Part shown: positions 11,495 to 21,109 of the stretch, in pieces
Layout: the number at the start of each line of letters is the position of its first letter
Numbering within the stretch: position 1 is the first letter of the stretch
Assembly (NCBI GenBank): GCA_964236955.1
Contig: CAXSGP010000042.1
Coordinates: forward strand, 1 to 37,682
DNA length: 37,682 nucleotides
Reading direction: 5' to 3'
Source: an uncultured Oligoflexus sp.
Lineage (GTDB): Bacteria > Bdellovibrionota_B > Oligoflexia > Oligoflexales > Oligoflexaceae
Program-made: the position numbers and the translations under genes
Notes under the pieces: generated by a model
What the model saw: only the letters and a program-made list of their open reading frames with translations
Database searches by the model: none
What the model was told of the DNA's origin: nothing

Positions 11495-11617
11495 TTAAGG
11501 CGGCCCCCAGCACTCAATAAGTAGTACTAGAATAGAACTAACAGGGCTTAGCAGTTTCACACCATCGCTGGCGATGAATCCGCTGCTGTTATTTGCTATG
11601 AGGCTGGGGGTCCGCAT
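11495..11617 (-). CDS. ilv/leu attenuator leader peptide MRTPSLIANNSSGFIASDGVKLLSPVSSILVLLIECWGPP (alternative GTG start at 11560 gives 21 aa)
   Basis: Open frame ending TAA at 11495; control run ATT CTA GTA CTA CTT ATT (I-L-V-L-L-I) lies just before a segment complementary to the terminator 5' arm. Confidence 0.8.
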   Translation of the reverse strand: MRTPSLIANNSSGFIASDGVKLLSPVSSILVLLIECWGPP

Positions 11618-12128
11618 GGTCTATAAACTCTGATGAAAATTTTGATAAAGGCATTCTTTTCTAAACCTAATGTCACGCTGCTGTCCTTTGAAGTCAAGTA
11701 ACGAATCACAGGCAATCTCCCCTGATCTTCCAAATGGTATGAAATTTTGAAAAGATGATGAATATTGGACATAGGAAATTTTGGAGATTGAATGCTTCTC
11801 AATACCTTCAGCAGCCGTATGAATATAAACAATCATATGCCGGCTCGAGAGGAAGGGTGCCGATGACGCGACACCAGTGGCGCCGCGATCCAAACCCTAA
11901 GGACAAGCAATTGTTTCATCCAAAGTTAATCTGGGCTGTAGGAGGGGTTTTGATAACAAGTGCCGGGGTTCCCTTCGAGCTTTTTAAAGGCAGCTGTTGC
12001 TAGGTAGCAAAGGTATATGAAAAACGTGATGATCTCCTTTATAGTCTTTTTATATTAACGTCGAAAAGTATTCTCGCTCAAACCGAACTTTTATTCCCTT
12101 AACTGTTTCAGTGGAAACATTCAAAATC

Positions 12129-13382
12129 TTAAAGCCTAACGTGTCCCTGCCCCCGAACAATATAACGAAGTGTTGTCAATTCCTTGCTGCCCATCGGTCC
12201 GAACGCATGCAGTTTGCTTGTGGAAATGCCAATCTCTGCGCCCAGTCCAAGTTCGCCGCCATCATTAAAACGAGTGCTGGCATTGACTGCTATGCATGAG
12301 GAATCCAGCGCCATTTCGAATTTTTGAATAACCGCCTTATCCTGCGCGACTATGCCTTCGGTGTGCTGACTGCCATAGCGCAGGATATGGGCTATCGCCG
12401 CGTCTTCGTTATCGACAAGGCGAATCGACAGAATGTTTTCCAAATATTCTGTATTCCAATCCTCTTCCGTAGCGAGGGTAAGGTTTTGATTGGGGAAACT
12501 CCTTAGAATTTCAGCATCGACGCGCAGACTCACGTCTACCGATTGAAGGCGCATCATCAAAGGCAAAAGTTGAGTGACAGCCAAACTCCGATGCACGAGC
12601 AAAGTTTCGATGGCATTGCATACTCCCGGCCTTTGAGCCTTGGCATTGAGCGTGATAGCCATCGCCAGATCGGCAATAGCATCAGAATGCAGGTAAAGGT
12701 GACAAAGACCTTTAGCGTGAGCAATTATGGGAACACGGGCGTGTTCCTGAATCATGCGAATCAATCCTTCACCACCGCGAGGTATGACAAGGTCGATCAA
12801 GCCGGCAAGCTTCACCATTTCAATCGTCAACTGGCGATCTCCTGCAGGAATGATTTGAATACAACCCTCGGGGAGATAAGGCTTTACCGCATCCCGGACC
12901 AATTTTCCAAGAATAGCATTGCTATGTTTAGCATCGCTGCCACCCTTCAGTAGTATAGCATTGCCCGACTTGATAGCGATGGCGGCACAGTCGATCAGGA
13001 CATTGGGGCGACTTTCGAAGATAACGGCTATGACGCCGAGCGGAATGCGTTTCCGTTCAATAATGAGACCGTCGGACCGGGTGTTTTGACTTTCGATCTG
13101 GCCTACTACGGCGGGCGCTGAAGCAATCTGCTCAAGTCCCTGCAAGAGATTTTTGATGCGTGATTCGTTCAGGCAAAGGCGATCGATCAAGGCCCGTGAC
13201 AGATTTTGAGCGGCGGCATCTGCCAGATCCAGTTGATTTGCAGCTAAAATAGTGGCCGTAGCGCCTTCCAGCTTACGGCCGATAGCTTTAATACTTTCGA
13301 CGCGCTGCTCTTCGCTGACGAACCGTAGGAGATGGCAGCTCTCTTTAGCCTCACGGGCGATGGCTGCAATGTCAAAGCTCAT
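12129..13382 (-). CDS. proA: Gamma-glutamyl phosphate reductase
   Basis: PLGVIAVIFESRPNV, IPRGGEGLI, GVCNAIETLLVH, NASTRFNDGGELGLGAEIGIST. Confidence 0.97.
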   Translation of the reverse strand: MSFDIAAIAREAKESCHLLRFVSEEQRVESIKAIGRKLEGATATILAANQLDLADAAAQNLSRALIDRLCLNESRIKNLLQGLEQIASAPAVVGQIESQNTRSDGLIIERKRIPLGVIAVIFESRPNVLIDCAAIAIKSGNAILLKGGSDAKHSNAILGKLVRDAVKPYLPEGCIQIIPAGDRQLTIEMVKLAGLIDLVIPRGGEGLIRMIQEHARVPIIAHAKGLCHLYLHSDAIADLAMAITLNAKAQRPGVCNAIETLLVHRSLAVTQLLPLMMRLQSVDVSLRVDAEILRSFPNQNLTLATEEDWNTEYLENILSIRLVDNEDAAIAHILRYGSQHTEGIVAQDKAVIQKFEMALDSSCIAVNASTRFNDGGELGLGAEIGISTSKLHAFGPMGSKELTTLRYIVRGQGHVRL

Positions 13383-14509
13383 CTTATTTCCTTCACGAAA
13401 AGATTATTTTTATGCACGACCACTTTTGACGAGCGATAGCCAAGTATCCCAATGATTTCGTCACTGTTCCGGCCTGAAATTTTCCGCATTTCCACAGCAG
13501 AGTATTCGGCCAGACCACTGGCAATCTCACTAAGGCCGCAGACAATCTTCACGCAGTCCCCACGACCAAAGTTACCGTCAACTCGACTGATACCCGAGGG
13601 CAGCAGGGAACTGTTTTTCAAAATCGCTTCGTAAGCGCCTTTGTCGATATGAATCACGGCTCCCAGGCGAACATTGGCGAGCACCCATCGATGTCTCGCC
13701 TGGTTCGGCAGGGAGGGACTGCCCTCAAAATAAGTGCCCCCCCCTGCCAGGGCCGCAAGCAAAGGCGAGTCTTTTTTATAAGTCGCCAGCATTACCGGAA
13801 TACCGAGCGGCGTAAGTTTTCGGACGGCCTCGAGTTTGGTCCTCATGCCGCCACGCCCTGCTGCCGATTTACCCTTTAGGTTTACCTTCGTAAATTGTTC
13901 GTCATAGGCTACACGCGAGATCACGGACGCGTCACAAGTACCTGGATCCTGATTGAAAAGTCCATCCGGTGTTGTCAGTAGGATCAAACCGTCCGCACCC
14001 AGCATTTCCGCCAGCATCGCTGCCAGCTGATCATTATCGCCCACGGTAATTTCGGCAAAGCTTACCGAATCATTCTCATTAAGTATGGGCGTAATGCCCT
14101 GGGCAAGCAGGCGATTGATCATATTTTTTAGGTTGAGCGATCGTTTGCGATCGCGAATGTCTTCATGGGTGAGCAATATCTGGGCGCAGGTTCTTTGATG
14201 GGAAGCAAAGGCCTGCGAATAACAATTCATCAGCCTTGGCTGCCCTATGGCACTGCAGGCCTGCAGAAAGTCGATCGTTTCGTCCGCTACCGCAGCCATC
14301 GTGTGGCGACCGATTGAGATCGCCCCGGAACTGACCAGCAGGACCTGAATTCCTGCCGATAGTAGCGTCTGACAGTCACGTACAATATCGTTGATCTTGA
14401 GTTGATTGACGCCACTTTCCTTTTGAGCAAGGGCAGCCGACCCTATTTTAACTATCAGCTTTCGAAACTTTGCCGGCAACTCCGGGCGCATGGGAACAGG
14501 CTGGCTCAT
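13379..14509 (-). CDS. proB: Glutamate 5-kinase with C-terminal PUA domain
   Basis: IVKIGS, VSSGAI, PILNENDSV, GDNDQLAA, GGMRTKL, SLLPSGI..V.GNFGRGD; start placed at MSQPV (14509); ATGA overlap with proA. Confidence 0.95.
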   Translation of the reverse strand: MSQPVPMRPELPAKFRKLIVKIGSAALAQKESGVNQLKINDIVRDCQTLLSAGIQVLLVSSGAISIGRHTMAAVADETIDFLQACSAIGQPRLMNCYSQAFASHQRTCAQILLTHEDIRDRKRSLNLKNMINRLLAQGITPILNENDSVSFAEITVGDNDQLAAMLAEMLGADGLILLTTPDGLFNQDPGTCDASVISRVAYDEQFTKVNLKGKSAAGRGGMRTKLEAVRKLTPLGIPVMLATYKKDSPLLAALAGGGTYFEGSPSLPNQARHRWVLANVRLGAVIHIDKGAYEAILKNSSLLPSGISRVDGNFGRGDCVKIVCGLSEIASGLAEYSAVEMRKISGRNSDEIIGILGYRSSKVVVHKNNLFVKEIR

Positions 14510-14852
14510 CGTTTCGTCTCTATCGTCAGGGCCCGGAATTGGGCAGGGTTTTAGCAAGAATAGTCGATCGCCCGCGCTCATGCAGTTAAAATTTCCATAG
14601 TTTTGACGGACCCTTGCATACTCCCATTGAAAAAGGCTTTCAGTTCCGGGATAAAAGATGATGCGAACGCAGCTCCCCTCCCTTCCAAGGCAAGGAAACA
14701 CGACAAATGCCCAATTCAATCAAACGCCGTCTTTAAGACCAAGGACAAGCTTTTCAACTGCTTTTACCCAGACCTTGTGCTATTCAAAGTAGGGCATTTC
14801 TGCCTTACTTGTGGACGAATCGCCACCCTCCTTGACAAGCTGGGATATTCAT

Positions 14853-15377
14853 ATGCTACGCCGCTTGCTTTTGACCATGATACTCCTGCCTTTGATAGAA
14901 CTTTATTTGACCACTCGACTCTATAATTATTTAAAAGCCGTTTGGGACCCAAGCTCGGCCTTAGTCATGATCCTTTTCAGTATGCTTGTCTCTGCGATCC
15001 TTGGATTGCGTCTCATCAAACTTCAAGGATTCCGTCTGCTGCGACAAACGCAGGAAGGACTCAGGCAAGGGAGCCTTCCCAACGAAAGCCTTTTGGAAGG
15101 TATTTTGGCCATCGTGGCCGGAATTGCCTTAATAGTCCCGGGATTTCTTAGCGATGCCTTGGCACTGATACTCCTATTACCCGGTGTTAGGCCGCCCCTT
15201 GCGCGATTTATAAAATCCAAGATGGCAATCCATCTCCAAAATATGCGTGTCAGTCCCCACTATCCCATGGACAATGCTAGAAACCGAGCAAGCCGATATT
15301 CGGAAAGCCTAGGCGGACGTGGGGAAATAATAGAAGCCGAAATTGTCAAACCTCGCTATAGTCACCCGGATAAATAA
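14853..15377 (+). CDS. fxsA: FxsA family membrane protein
   Basis: LPLIELY, G.RLIKLQG, AGIALIVPGFLSDALALILLLP..R, C-terminal IIEAE; start placed at MLRRLLL. Confidence 0.88.
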   Translation: MLRRLLLTMILLPLIELYLTTRLYNYLKAVWDPSSALVMILFSMLVSAILGLRLIKLQGFRLLRQTQEGLRQGSLPNESLLEGILAIVAGIALIVPGFLSDALALILLLPGVRPPLARFIKSKMAIHLQNMRVSPHYPMDNARNRASRYSESLGGRGEIIEAEIVKPRYSHPDK

Positions 15378-15470
15378 ATTGGATTTCACACCCGCACTGT
15401 TAAGCGACTTCGTATTTCCCAAACTCTCTTGCATAATTTTACTCCCTAAAATTCGGGCTCAAACACCCGT

Positions 15471-15711
15471 TTGTTTATAAATAGAATGGAGTTAGAGGCC
15501 GAGGCTGTTAGGAGTGGTCAACCCACCTGAGTGGTACCAAAGAATATCTGACAGGTATAAAAGGCGAAATCATTGGGCATCTGGCGGGAGAAAGCTACCG
15601 CGTGCAAAAGGGGATGTCTTTGCTTTTCCAGGCAATCAAGCTCACGGCTATCGCAATCCCAAAAGTGGCTTATCCATAGCAATCAGCATCGTTATACCCA
15701 TTCCTGTTTAA
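15471..15711 (+). pseudogene. Relic of the cupin domain of an XRE-family (HTH-cupin) regulator, two frameshifts, N-terminus missing
   Basis: Joining three frames gives LFINRMELEAEAVRSGQP/HLSGTKEYLTGIKGEIIGHLAGESYRVQKG/DVFAFPGNQAHGYRNPKSGLSIAISIVIPIPV*; shifts at CCC 15522-15524 and AAAAGGGG 15606-15613. Confidence 0.75.
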
Positions 15712-15868
15712 ATCTACGATCATTGATGAGCTAAGCCCTAAATATTCCCTGCCTTTTCCGGCTTTATCCATGCTGTCAGCTCCCGAACCGAGATGACGCC
15801 CGATACATATTCTCTCGAGCATGTTAGGATCCTCTACGCATATAACTGAGCCGCTTAGAGGGTGACCT

Positions 15869-17425
15869 ATGACAGATAATATTGACAAGGAAAAACACCA
15901 TCTCATCATTCGCCACCTCGAAGTGTCGGATTATGGCGATATTAAAATCATCATGGATAAAGTTTATCCTGGTATAGGCGGCGCCTGGTCGCGCGAAGAA
16001 TTCGCGATGATGCTCAAAAACTTTCCTGAGGGTCAGTTCTGTATCGATGACAACGGTCAAGTCATTGCAGCAGCATTTTCAGCAATCGTTGACCACGTGA
16101 AATTCGCGGCGACGCACACCTACAAGGAACTCACCGGAAACTCCTATCTGACGACCCATGATCCCGATGGCGATGCTCTCTATGGCGTCGATTTATTTGT
16201 TCATCCCGATTTTCGGGACCTTCGCCTCGGCCGCCGCCTCTACGATTCGCGCAAAGATCTCTGCAGAAAGCTAAACCTTCGGTCTATTCTTGCCGGAGGG
16301 CGAATTCCTCGGTATTTTGAGCATTCCAAAGAACTCTCGCCGCATGAATATATAGAAAAGGTTTCCAGAAAGGAACTTCATGATCCAATCCTCAGCTTTC
16401 AACTGGCGAATGATTTCGAAGTAAAAAGACTGCTGACCAACTATCTGCCAGAAGACGAAGAATCCAAAGGCTACGCGACTCTCCTTGAATGGAATAATAT
16501 CTATTACAAGGATGAAAAATCAACGCTATTCAATTATAAAAAGTCCATAGTGCGAATTGGTGTCGTTCAGTGGGAAATGCGAACGCTGGCCTCCCTGGAA
16601 GAACTCATGAAACAGGTCGAGTATTTCGTCGATGCCCTTTCCTACTATAAAACCGATTTTACCCTGTTCCCTGAATTTTTCAATGCGGCGCTATTGGGTT
16701 TGTTTGCGAAGGACAATGAAGTGGAATCTATCAGACGTCTCGCCGAATTCACCCCTTTGATCGTCGACCAGATGGCGAAACTTTCGTTAAGCTATAATAC
16801 CAATATTATCGGTGGCAGCATGCCCCTCATTGAAAACAACAAGCTCTACAACGTCTCCTACATCTTTTTAAGAGACGGCAGCATAAGGACTCAATATAAA
16901 ATCCATATCACTCCCGGTGAACGGCGAACCTGGGCAATGGACGGCGGCGACAAACTCCACGTCATCGACACCGATGTCGGCAAAATCGGTGTTTTAATTT
17001 GCTATGATGTGGAGTTTCCCGAACTTGCCAGGCTTCAAGCGGAACAAGGAATGAAGATTTTATTTGTCCCCTTCTGGACCGATACCAAGAATGGATTCTT
17101 AAGGGTGCAGCGATGTGCCCAGGCGCGGGCGATTGAAAATGAATGTTATGTCGCCATAAGCGGGAGTGTTGGCAATCTCCCTAATGTGGAAAATGCAGAA
17201 ATCCAATATGCTCAGTCCGCTGTCTATTCGCCATCGGATTTTGCCTTTCCCCATGACGCAATCATGGCCGAAACCACGCCCAATACTGAAATGACTCTGA
17301 TCGTTGATGTCGATATGAAACGATTGGATCTCTTACGGCAGGAAGGAACGGTGAGGAATCATCTCGACCGGCGCCATGATCTTTATAAGATCGTCTGGAA
17401 TCCAAATACCCATAAAGATAAATGA
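15869..17425 (+). CDS. Bifunctional GNAT acetyltransferase / carbon-nitrogen hydrolase (YhcX-like)
   Basis: N-terminal GNAT (VHPDFRDLRLGRRLY); C-terminal nitrilase triad FPEF, QYKIH, ICYDVEFPE. Confidence 0.92.
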   Translation: MTDNIDKEKHHLIIRHLEVSDYGDIKIIMDKVYPGIGGAWSREEFAMMLKNFPEGQFCIDDNGQVIAAAFSAIVDHVKFAATHTYKELTGNSYLTTHDPDGDALYGVDLFVHPDFRDLRLGRRLYDSRKDLCRKLNLRSILAGGRIPRYFEHSKELSPHEYIEKVSRKELHDPILSFQLANDFEVKRLLTNYLPEDEESKGYATLLEWNNIYYKDEKSTLFNYKKSIVRIGVVQWEMRTLASLEELMKQVEYFVDALSYYKTDFTLFPEFFNAALLGLFAKDNEVESIRRLAEFTPLIVDQMAKLSLSYNTNIIGGSMPLIENNKLYNVSYIFLRDGSIRTQYKIHITPGERRTWAMDGGDKLHVIDTDVGKIGVLICYDVEFPELARLQAEQGMKILFVPFWTDTKNGFLRVQRCAQARAIENECYVAISGSVGNLPNVENAEIQYAQSAVYSPSDFAFPHDAIMAETTPNTEMTLIVDVDMKRLDLLRQEGTVRNHLDRRHDLYKIVWNPNTHKDK

Positions 17426-17492
17426 TGCGAACCGGCATTTGATGAATCCTCGCATTTTAAGTACGGCGGTACCCCTCCGGCTTGGGAGTGAG

Positions 17493-17524
17493 GACGGCCT
17501 CGCATCGGCGGCGTCGAGGCCGTC
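17493..17524. terminator. GC-rich hairpin downstream of the GNAT-nitrilase gene
   Basis: GACGGCCTCG-N12-CGAGGCCGTC, 10-bp stem; no U tract on +. Confidence 0.35.
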
Positions 17525-17777
17525 GCAGAAAAAATCTTTGATTTTCTTACCAAAATGTCTTTCCCAATTAGCATGCGACCAAAGATGACAGCGACAGTTC
17601 ATTAAGAACTTGATAATAGTTTGCCGGCAGTCATGAATCTACCCAAGATGAGTCATAGGCGCTCAGGCCGACATTGCTGAAAATACCTTTGCTGCGGGAC
17701 GGTGGATATTTTGCCACTTGACATACAGAGTAATGTAGATTCCCCTGATCAACTGTCTTTCAAAAAAGGAAATTAAG

Positions 17778-19148
17778 GTGATGGCTTATCAAGAACCGAA
17801 AAGAATCCATTTATACGGTAATCTCTTTCGGCTAAATTTCTTTAAACCTATTCAGAGTTTGATGAAGCTTGCGGAAGTGCACGGTCCTATCTTTCGCCTG
17901 AAACTGGCCGAGGATTTTATAGTCGTGTCCTCTCAAGAGCTGGTGGCAGAGGTTTGTGATGACACTCGTTTTGATAAAAAGATCTATTCCTCCCTTCGGG
18001 ATATTCGCACCTTTACCGGTGACGGCCTTTTCACCGCTCTAACCGAAGAGAAAAACTGGGAAAAAGCCCATCGTGTGCTGATGCCGGCGTTTGGCCCCGC
18101 CTCTCTTCGGCATATGTACGCGTCGATGATAGATATAGCCGACCAAATGCTCAACAAATGGCAGGAGCTAGGGGACGATTGTCGCTTGGATGTCACCGAT
18201 CATATGACTCGACTGACTCTCGACACCTTAGCGCTGGCTGCCTTCGACTATAGGTTTAACAGCTTTCAGACGCAGACTGTACACCCTGTTATTGAAGCTA
18301 TGGTCAAGGGTATGGCTGAGGTGAGTGCCAGGGGGCTACGGCCGGCGGTGTTGAGCAGGCTTATGTTTAAAACCCGAAAAAAGTTTGAAAACAATGCCCA
18401 CATATTGCATGAAGTTGCGGACGAGGTGATTGCCGATAGAAAGCTTCGGCCAGCCCATGCGAGTTCTAAAAAGGATCTTTTAGCAACGATGTTGGAGTCA
18501 AGTGATCCGCGCACTGGCGAAAAGCTAGACGTTGTCAATATCCGTTATCAGCTGGTGACCTTTCTTATCGCTGGCCACGATACGACCAGTGGGCTCCTTA
18601 GCTTTGCTCTTTACGAAATGGTTAAAAATCCAAAGATATTGGCCAAGGCCAGAGCCGAAGTCGATGAGATGCTGGGCAGTGAAGTCCCGGGGATAGAAAA
18701 AATACAAAAATTGAAATATATCGATCAGATCCTGAAAGAAGCCTTAAGACTATGGCCGACTGCGCCGGCATTTGGTCGCTACCCACTGGAGGCGACTCAG
18801 CTAGGCGAACGTTTCCTGGTCCGTCCCGATCAAACCATACTGATACTCTTACCGTCCTTACACAGAGATCCCAAGGTCTGGGACAATCCTGAATGCTTTG
18901 ATCCGGATAGGATGGCCAAGGAGGCCTTTCTAAAACTCCCCCCCCATGCCTGGAAGCCATTTGGAACAGGGGCTAGAGCGTGTATAGGCAGAGCCTTCGC
19001 TATGCACGAGGCGACGCTGGTCCTGGCTATGATATTGCAGCGATTTGACCTTCGGATGGACGACCCCAATTATAAACTGACGATCAATGAAGCCATGACC
19101 TTAAAGCCTGTGGGATTCTACTTGCGCTTTCAAAAGCGGAAGGGTTAA
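17778..19148 (+). CDS. Cytochrome P450, CYP102-like heme domain without fused reductase
   Basis: GDGLFTA, FLIAGHDTTSGLLSF (I-helix), EALRLWPTAPAF (ExxR), FDPDR, KPFGTGARACIG (heme Cys); start GTG 17778 or ATG 17781. Confidence 0.95.
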   Translation: MMAYQEPKRIHLYGNLFRLNFFKPIQSLMKLAEVHGPIFRLKLAEDFIVVSSQELVAEVCDDTRFDKKIYSSLRDIRTFTGDGLFTALTEEKNWEKAHRVLMPAFGPASLRHMYASMIDIADQMLNKWQELGDDCRLDVTDHMTRLTLDTLALAAFDYRFNSFQTQTVHPVIEAMVKGMAEVSARGLRPAVLSRLMFKTRKKFENNAHILHEVADEVIADRKLRPAHASSKKDLLATMLESSDPRTGEKLDVVNIRYQLVTFLIAGHDTTSGLLSFALYEMVKNPKILAKARAEVDEMLGSEVPGIEKIQKLKYIDQILKEALRLWPTAPAFGRYPLEATQLGERFLVRPDQTILILLPSLHRDPKVWDNPECFDPDRMAKEAFLKLPPHAWKPFGTGARACIGRAFAMHEATLVLAMILQRFDLRMDDPNYKLTINEAMTLKPVGFYLRFQKRKG

Positions 19149-20064
19149 GGAGTGGTCGACTGCAAAACAGATTAATTCATATCGACATGAGTTCAATACC
19201 TGGTGCTTGCATGAATTTGCTTGGATGCTGGCAATTCCTTTAGCTCTACCGGTCAGGCCCCACTTTGCCAAGTCCGGGGGTCAGAGCATCGTTGAAGCCT
19301 ATTCGTAGCGAAAAAAAACTTGAGCGCGGCCCGTGTACTTGCCTAGGATGATAGGGCCTGTGAGGAATCAATTTCTGATTGGATTAAATTTATAAAGATC
19401 ATTGTTAGGTTTTTTTTCCTTCGATTAGCTTTGAGCGACTTTGCGAGTCCAATTCGTAAAAAGCGTGGGGAGGCTCACATATTATACCCAATTGGCCTTT
19501 CGCTTTAGGCATCCTTCCGAAGGTTGGAAGCTCGCTGGCTTTCAGCGTTTCGCCTATAATGTTTGTGGCATGGAATTTCTTGTTATCTCAATCAACTTTT
19601 CTTATTAGCTGTGCAACAGACAAATTTTTTGATATTTAACCGACTCTAATTCTTGATCAATCTTCAATTCAGCCCAAAACGTCGACCCTTAAATTTAGAA
19701 TTTAGAAAACCATTTTTCTGAACCGTAAATTGAACCAAATAATCGTGTTGCAATTCCATTTTATTATTGGCAACTATGCATGGATTGTTTGACGCAATTC
19801 GAAAATGGTAAGCCGCTAGAAAGTGAAAGCCTGCTTCCCAATTTGTTTCGCAAGCGGGCGTTATGCGCCGCATGAAAGCAATTGTGGTCCATCTCGTGTC
19901 GGTCATTTATCGGATTTCAAAGCCCAAGAACCCGAGTCTCGCGCTCACTTAGGCCTGTCGATGATTCCGTCTCGTTCCCATTGGACCTTACAGATGCTGT
20001 TGAGTGTCAGGGCATGGCAAGCTCTTTCCGGTTCGAAAATACGTTCGATTCCTAAGGAGAATTT

Positions 20065-21108
20065 ATGAAGTCTAGGTTTGAGAGCATAGGTGTATACCTT
20101 CCCGAAAAGGCTACTGCTATGAAGGATCGTGTGGCCAAAATGCAGTTTGCACCACCATTTGATTTAGCTACGATAACGGGAATCCAGTCGGTTCGGACCG
20201 CATCGGAAGAAGACGATTGCTTTACAATGGCTCTGGCGGCCGCACGCGACTGCCTGAGCCGTTCGCAGTATAAAGCCGAGGATCTTGATGTCGTTATCAT
20301 CGCATCTATTACCCGCTTCACTAAAGGTGAACAGCGCCACTTTACATTTGAACCGCCTTTGAGCCACTCCATCAAATATGAATTAGGCGCTCCAAATGCT
20401 ATGCATTTTGATGTTTCAAATGCCTGTGCAGGTATGTTTACTGGTGTTCTTCTCCTCGATCGTATGATCAAATCGGGAGCCGTGAAGAATGGAATTGTTA
20501 TCAGCGGTGAATTTATAAGTCCTGTCGCTGAGACTGCGGTCCGCGAGATCACTGAAGGCAATAATCCCCAATTCGCGGCCTTGACGGTCGGTGATGCTGC
20601 GGCCGCGGTGATTCTCGATCGGGCCCTCTCCGATGACGACTGCATCAATTATTTCGAAATCATGAGTTGCCCAGACTACTCGCAGCTTTGCCTGGCCATG
20701 CCCAGCGATAAATCCGAAGGACTCGCGCTTTATACGATCAATGCCGAAATGCAGAAAAAGGATCGTGTCAAGCTATGGCCGACTTTTCAGAAGGACTATT
20801 ACGAAAAAACCGGAACCAATATCGAGACCGAGGGCTTCGATCATATCCTTCATCATCAGATCGGAACGCGGGCGATCCATAACCTTAACAAATACGGTAC
20901 GGAGATATTTGAAAGCGCACTGCCCGCTTCTTCCCTGAGCACCGTCGAGCAATTTGGCAACACGGCGTCGACGTCCCATTTTGTTGTGCTCTATCATGCG
21001 CTGAAGGCAAGAAAAATCAAGAAGGGCGAAAAGGTCCTCTTGGTTCCGGTCGCGTCGGGGATCATTGCAGGTTTCCTATCAGCAACAATTTCAAATTTGG
21101 AGGTTTAA
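20065..21108 (+). CDS. OleA/LstA/NltA-type KAS-III (thiolase-fold) condensing enzyme, catalytic subunit
   Basis: FEPP (E96), FDVSNAC (C121), ALTVGDAAAA, HHQI (H264), FGNTAS (N299); AAGGAG SD. Confidence 0.9.
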   Translation: MKSRFESIGVYLPEKATAMKDRVAKMQFAPPFDLATITGIQSVRTASEEDDCFTMALAAARDCLSRSQYKAEDLDVVIIASITRFTKGEQRHFTFEPPLSHSIKYELGAPNAMHFDVSNACAGMFTGVLLLDRMIKSGAVKNGIVISGEFISPVAETAVREITEGNNPQFAALTVGDAAAAVILDRALSDDDCINYFEIMSCPDYSQLCLAMPSDKSEGLALYTINAEMQKKDRVKLWPTFQKDYYEKTGTNIETEGFDHILHHQIGTRAIHNLNKYGTEIFESALPASSLSTVEQFGNTASTSHFVVLYHALKARKIKKGEKVLLVPVASGIIAGFLSATISNLEV

Positions 21109-21109
21109 C

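Noticed and set aside
14510..14719. 70-aa N-terminal extension of ProB in the ORF track
   Set aside because: TTG start, non-homologous sequence, lies in the divergent proB/fxsA promoter region.
17717..17740. TTGACA plus TACA-N6-TGTA upstream of the P450 (sigma70 promoter or TetR operator)
   Set aside because: No -10 at 16-18 nt spacing and only a 4-bp half-site; too weak.
19149..20064. Riboswitch, ncRNA or P450 reductase remnant in the long gap
   Set aside because: No recognisable RNA motif or flavodoxin-like peptide seen; only short AT-rich repeats.
20052..20648. 198-aa minus-strand ORF
   Set aside because: Antisense to the KAS-III gene, no recognisable features.
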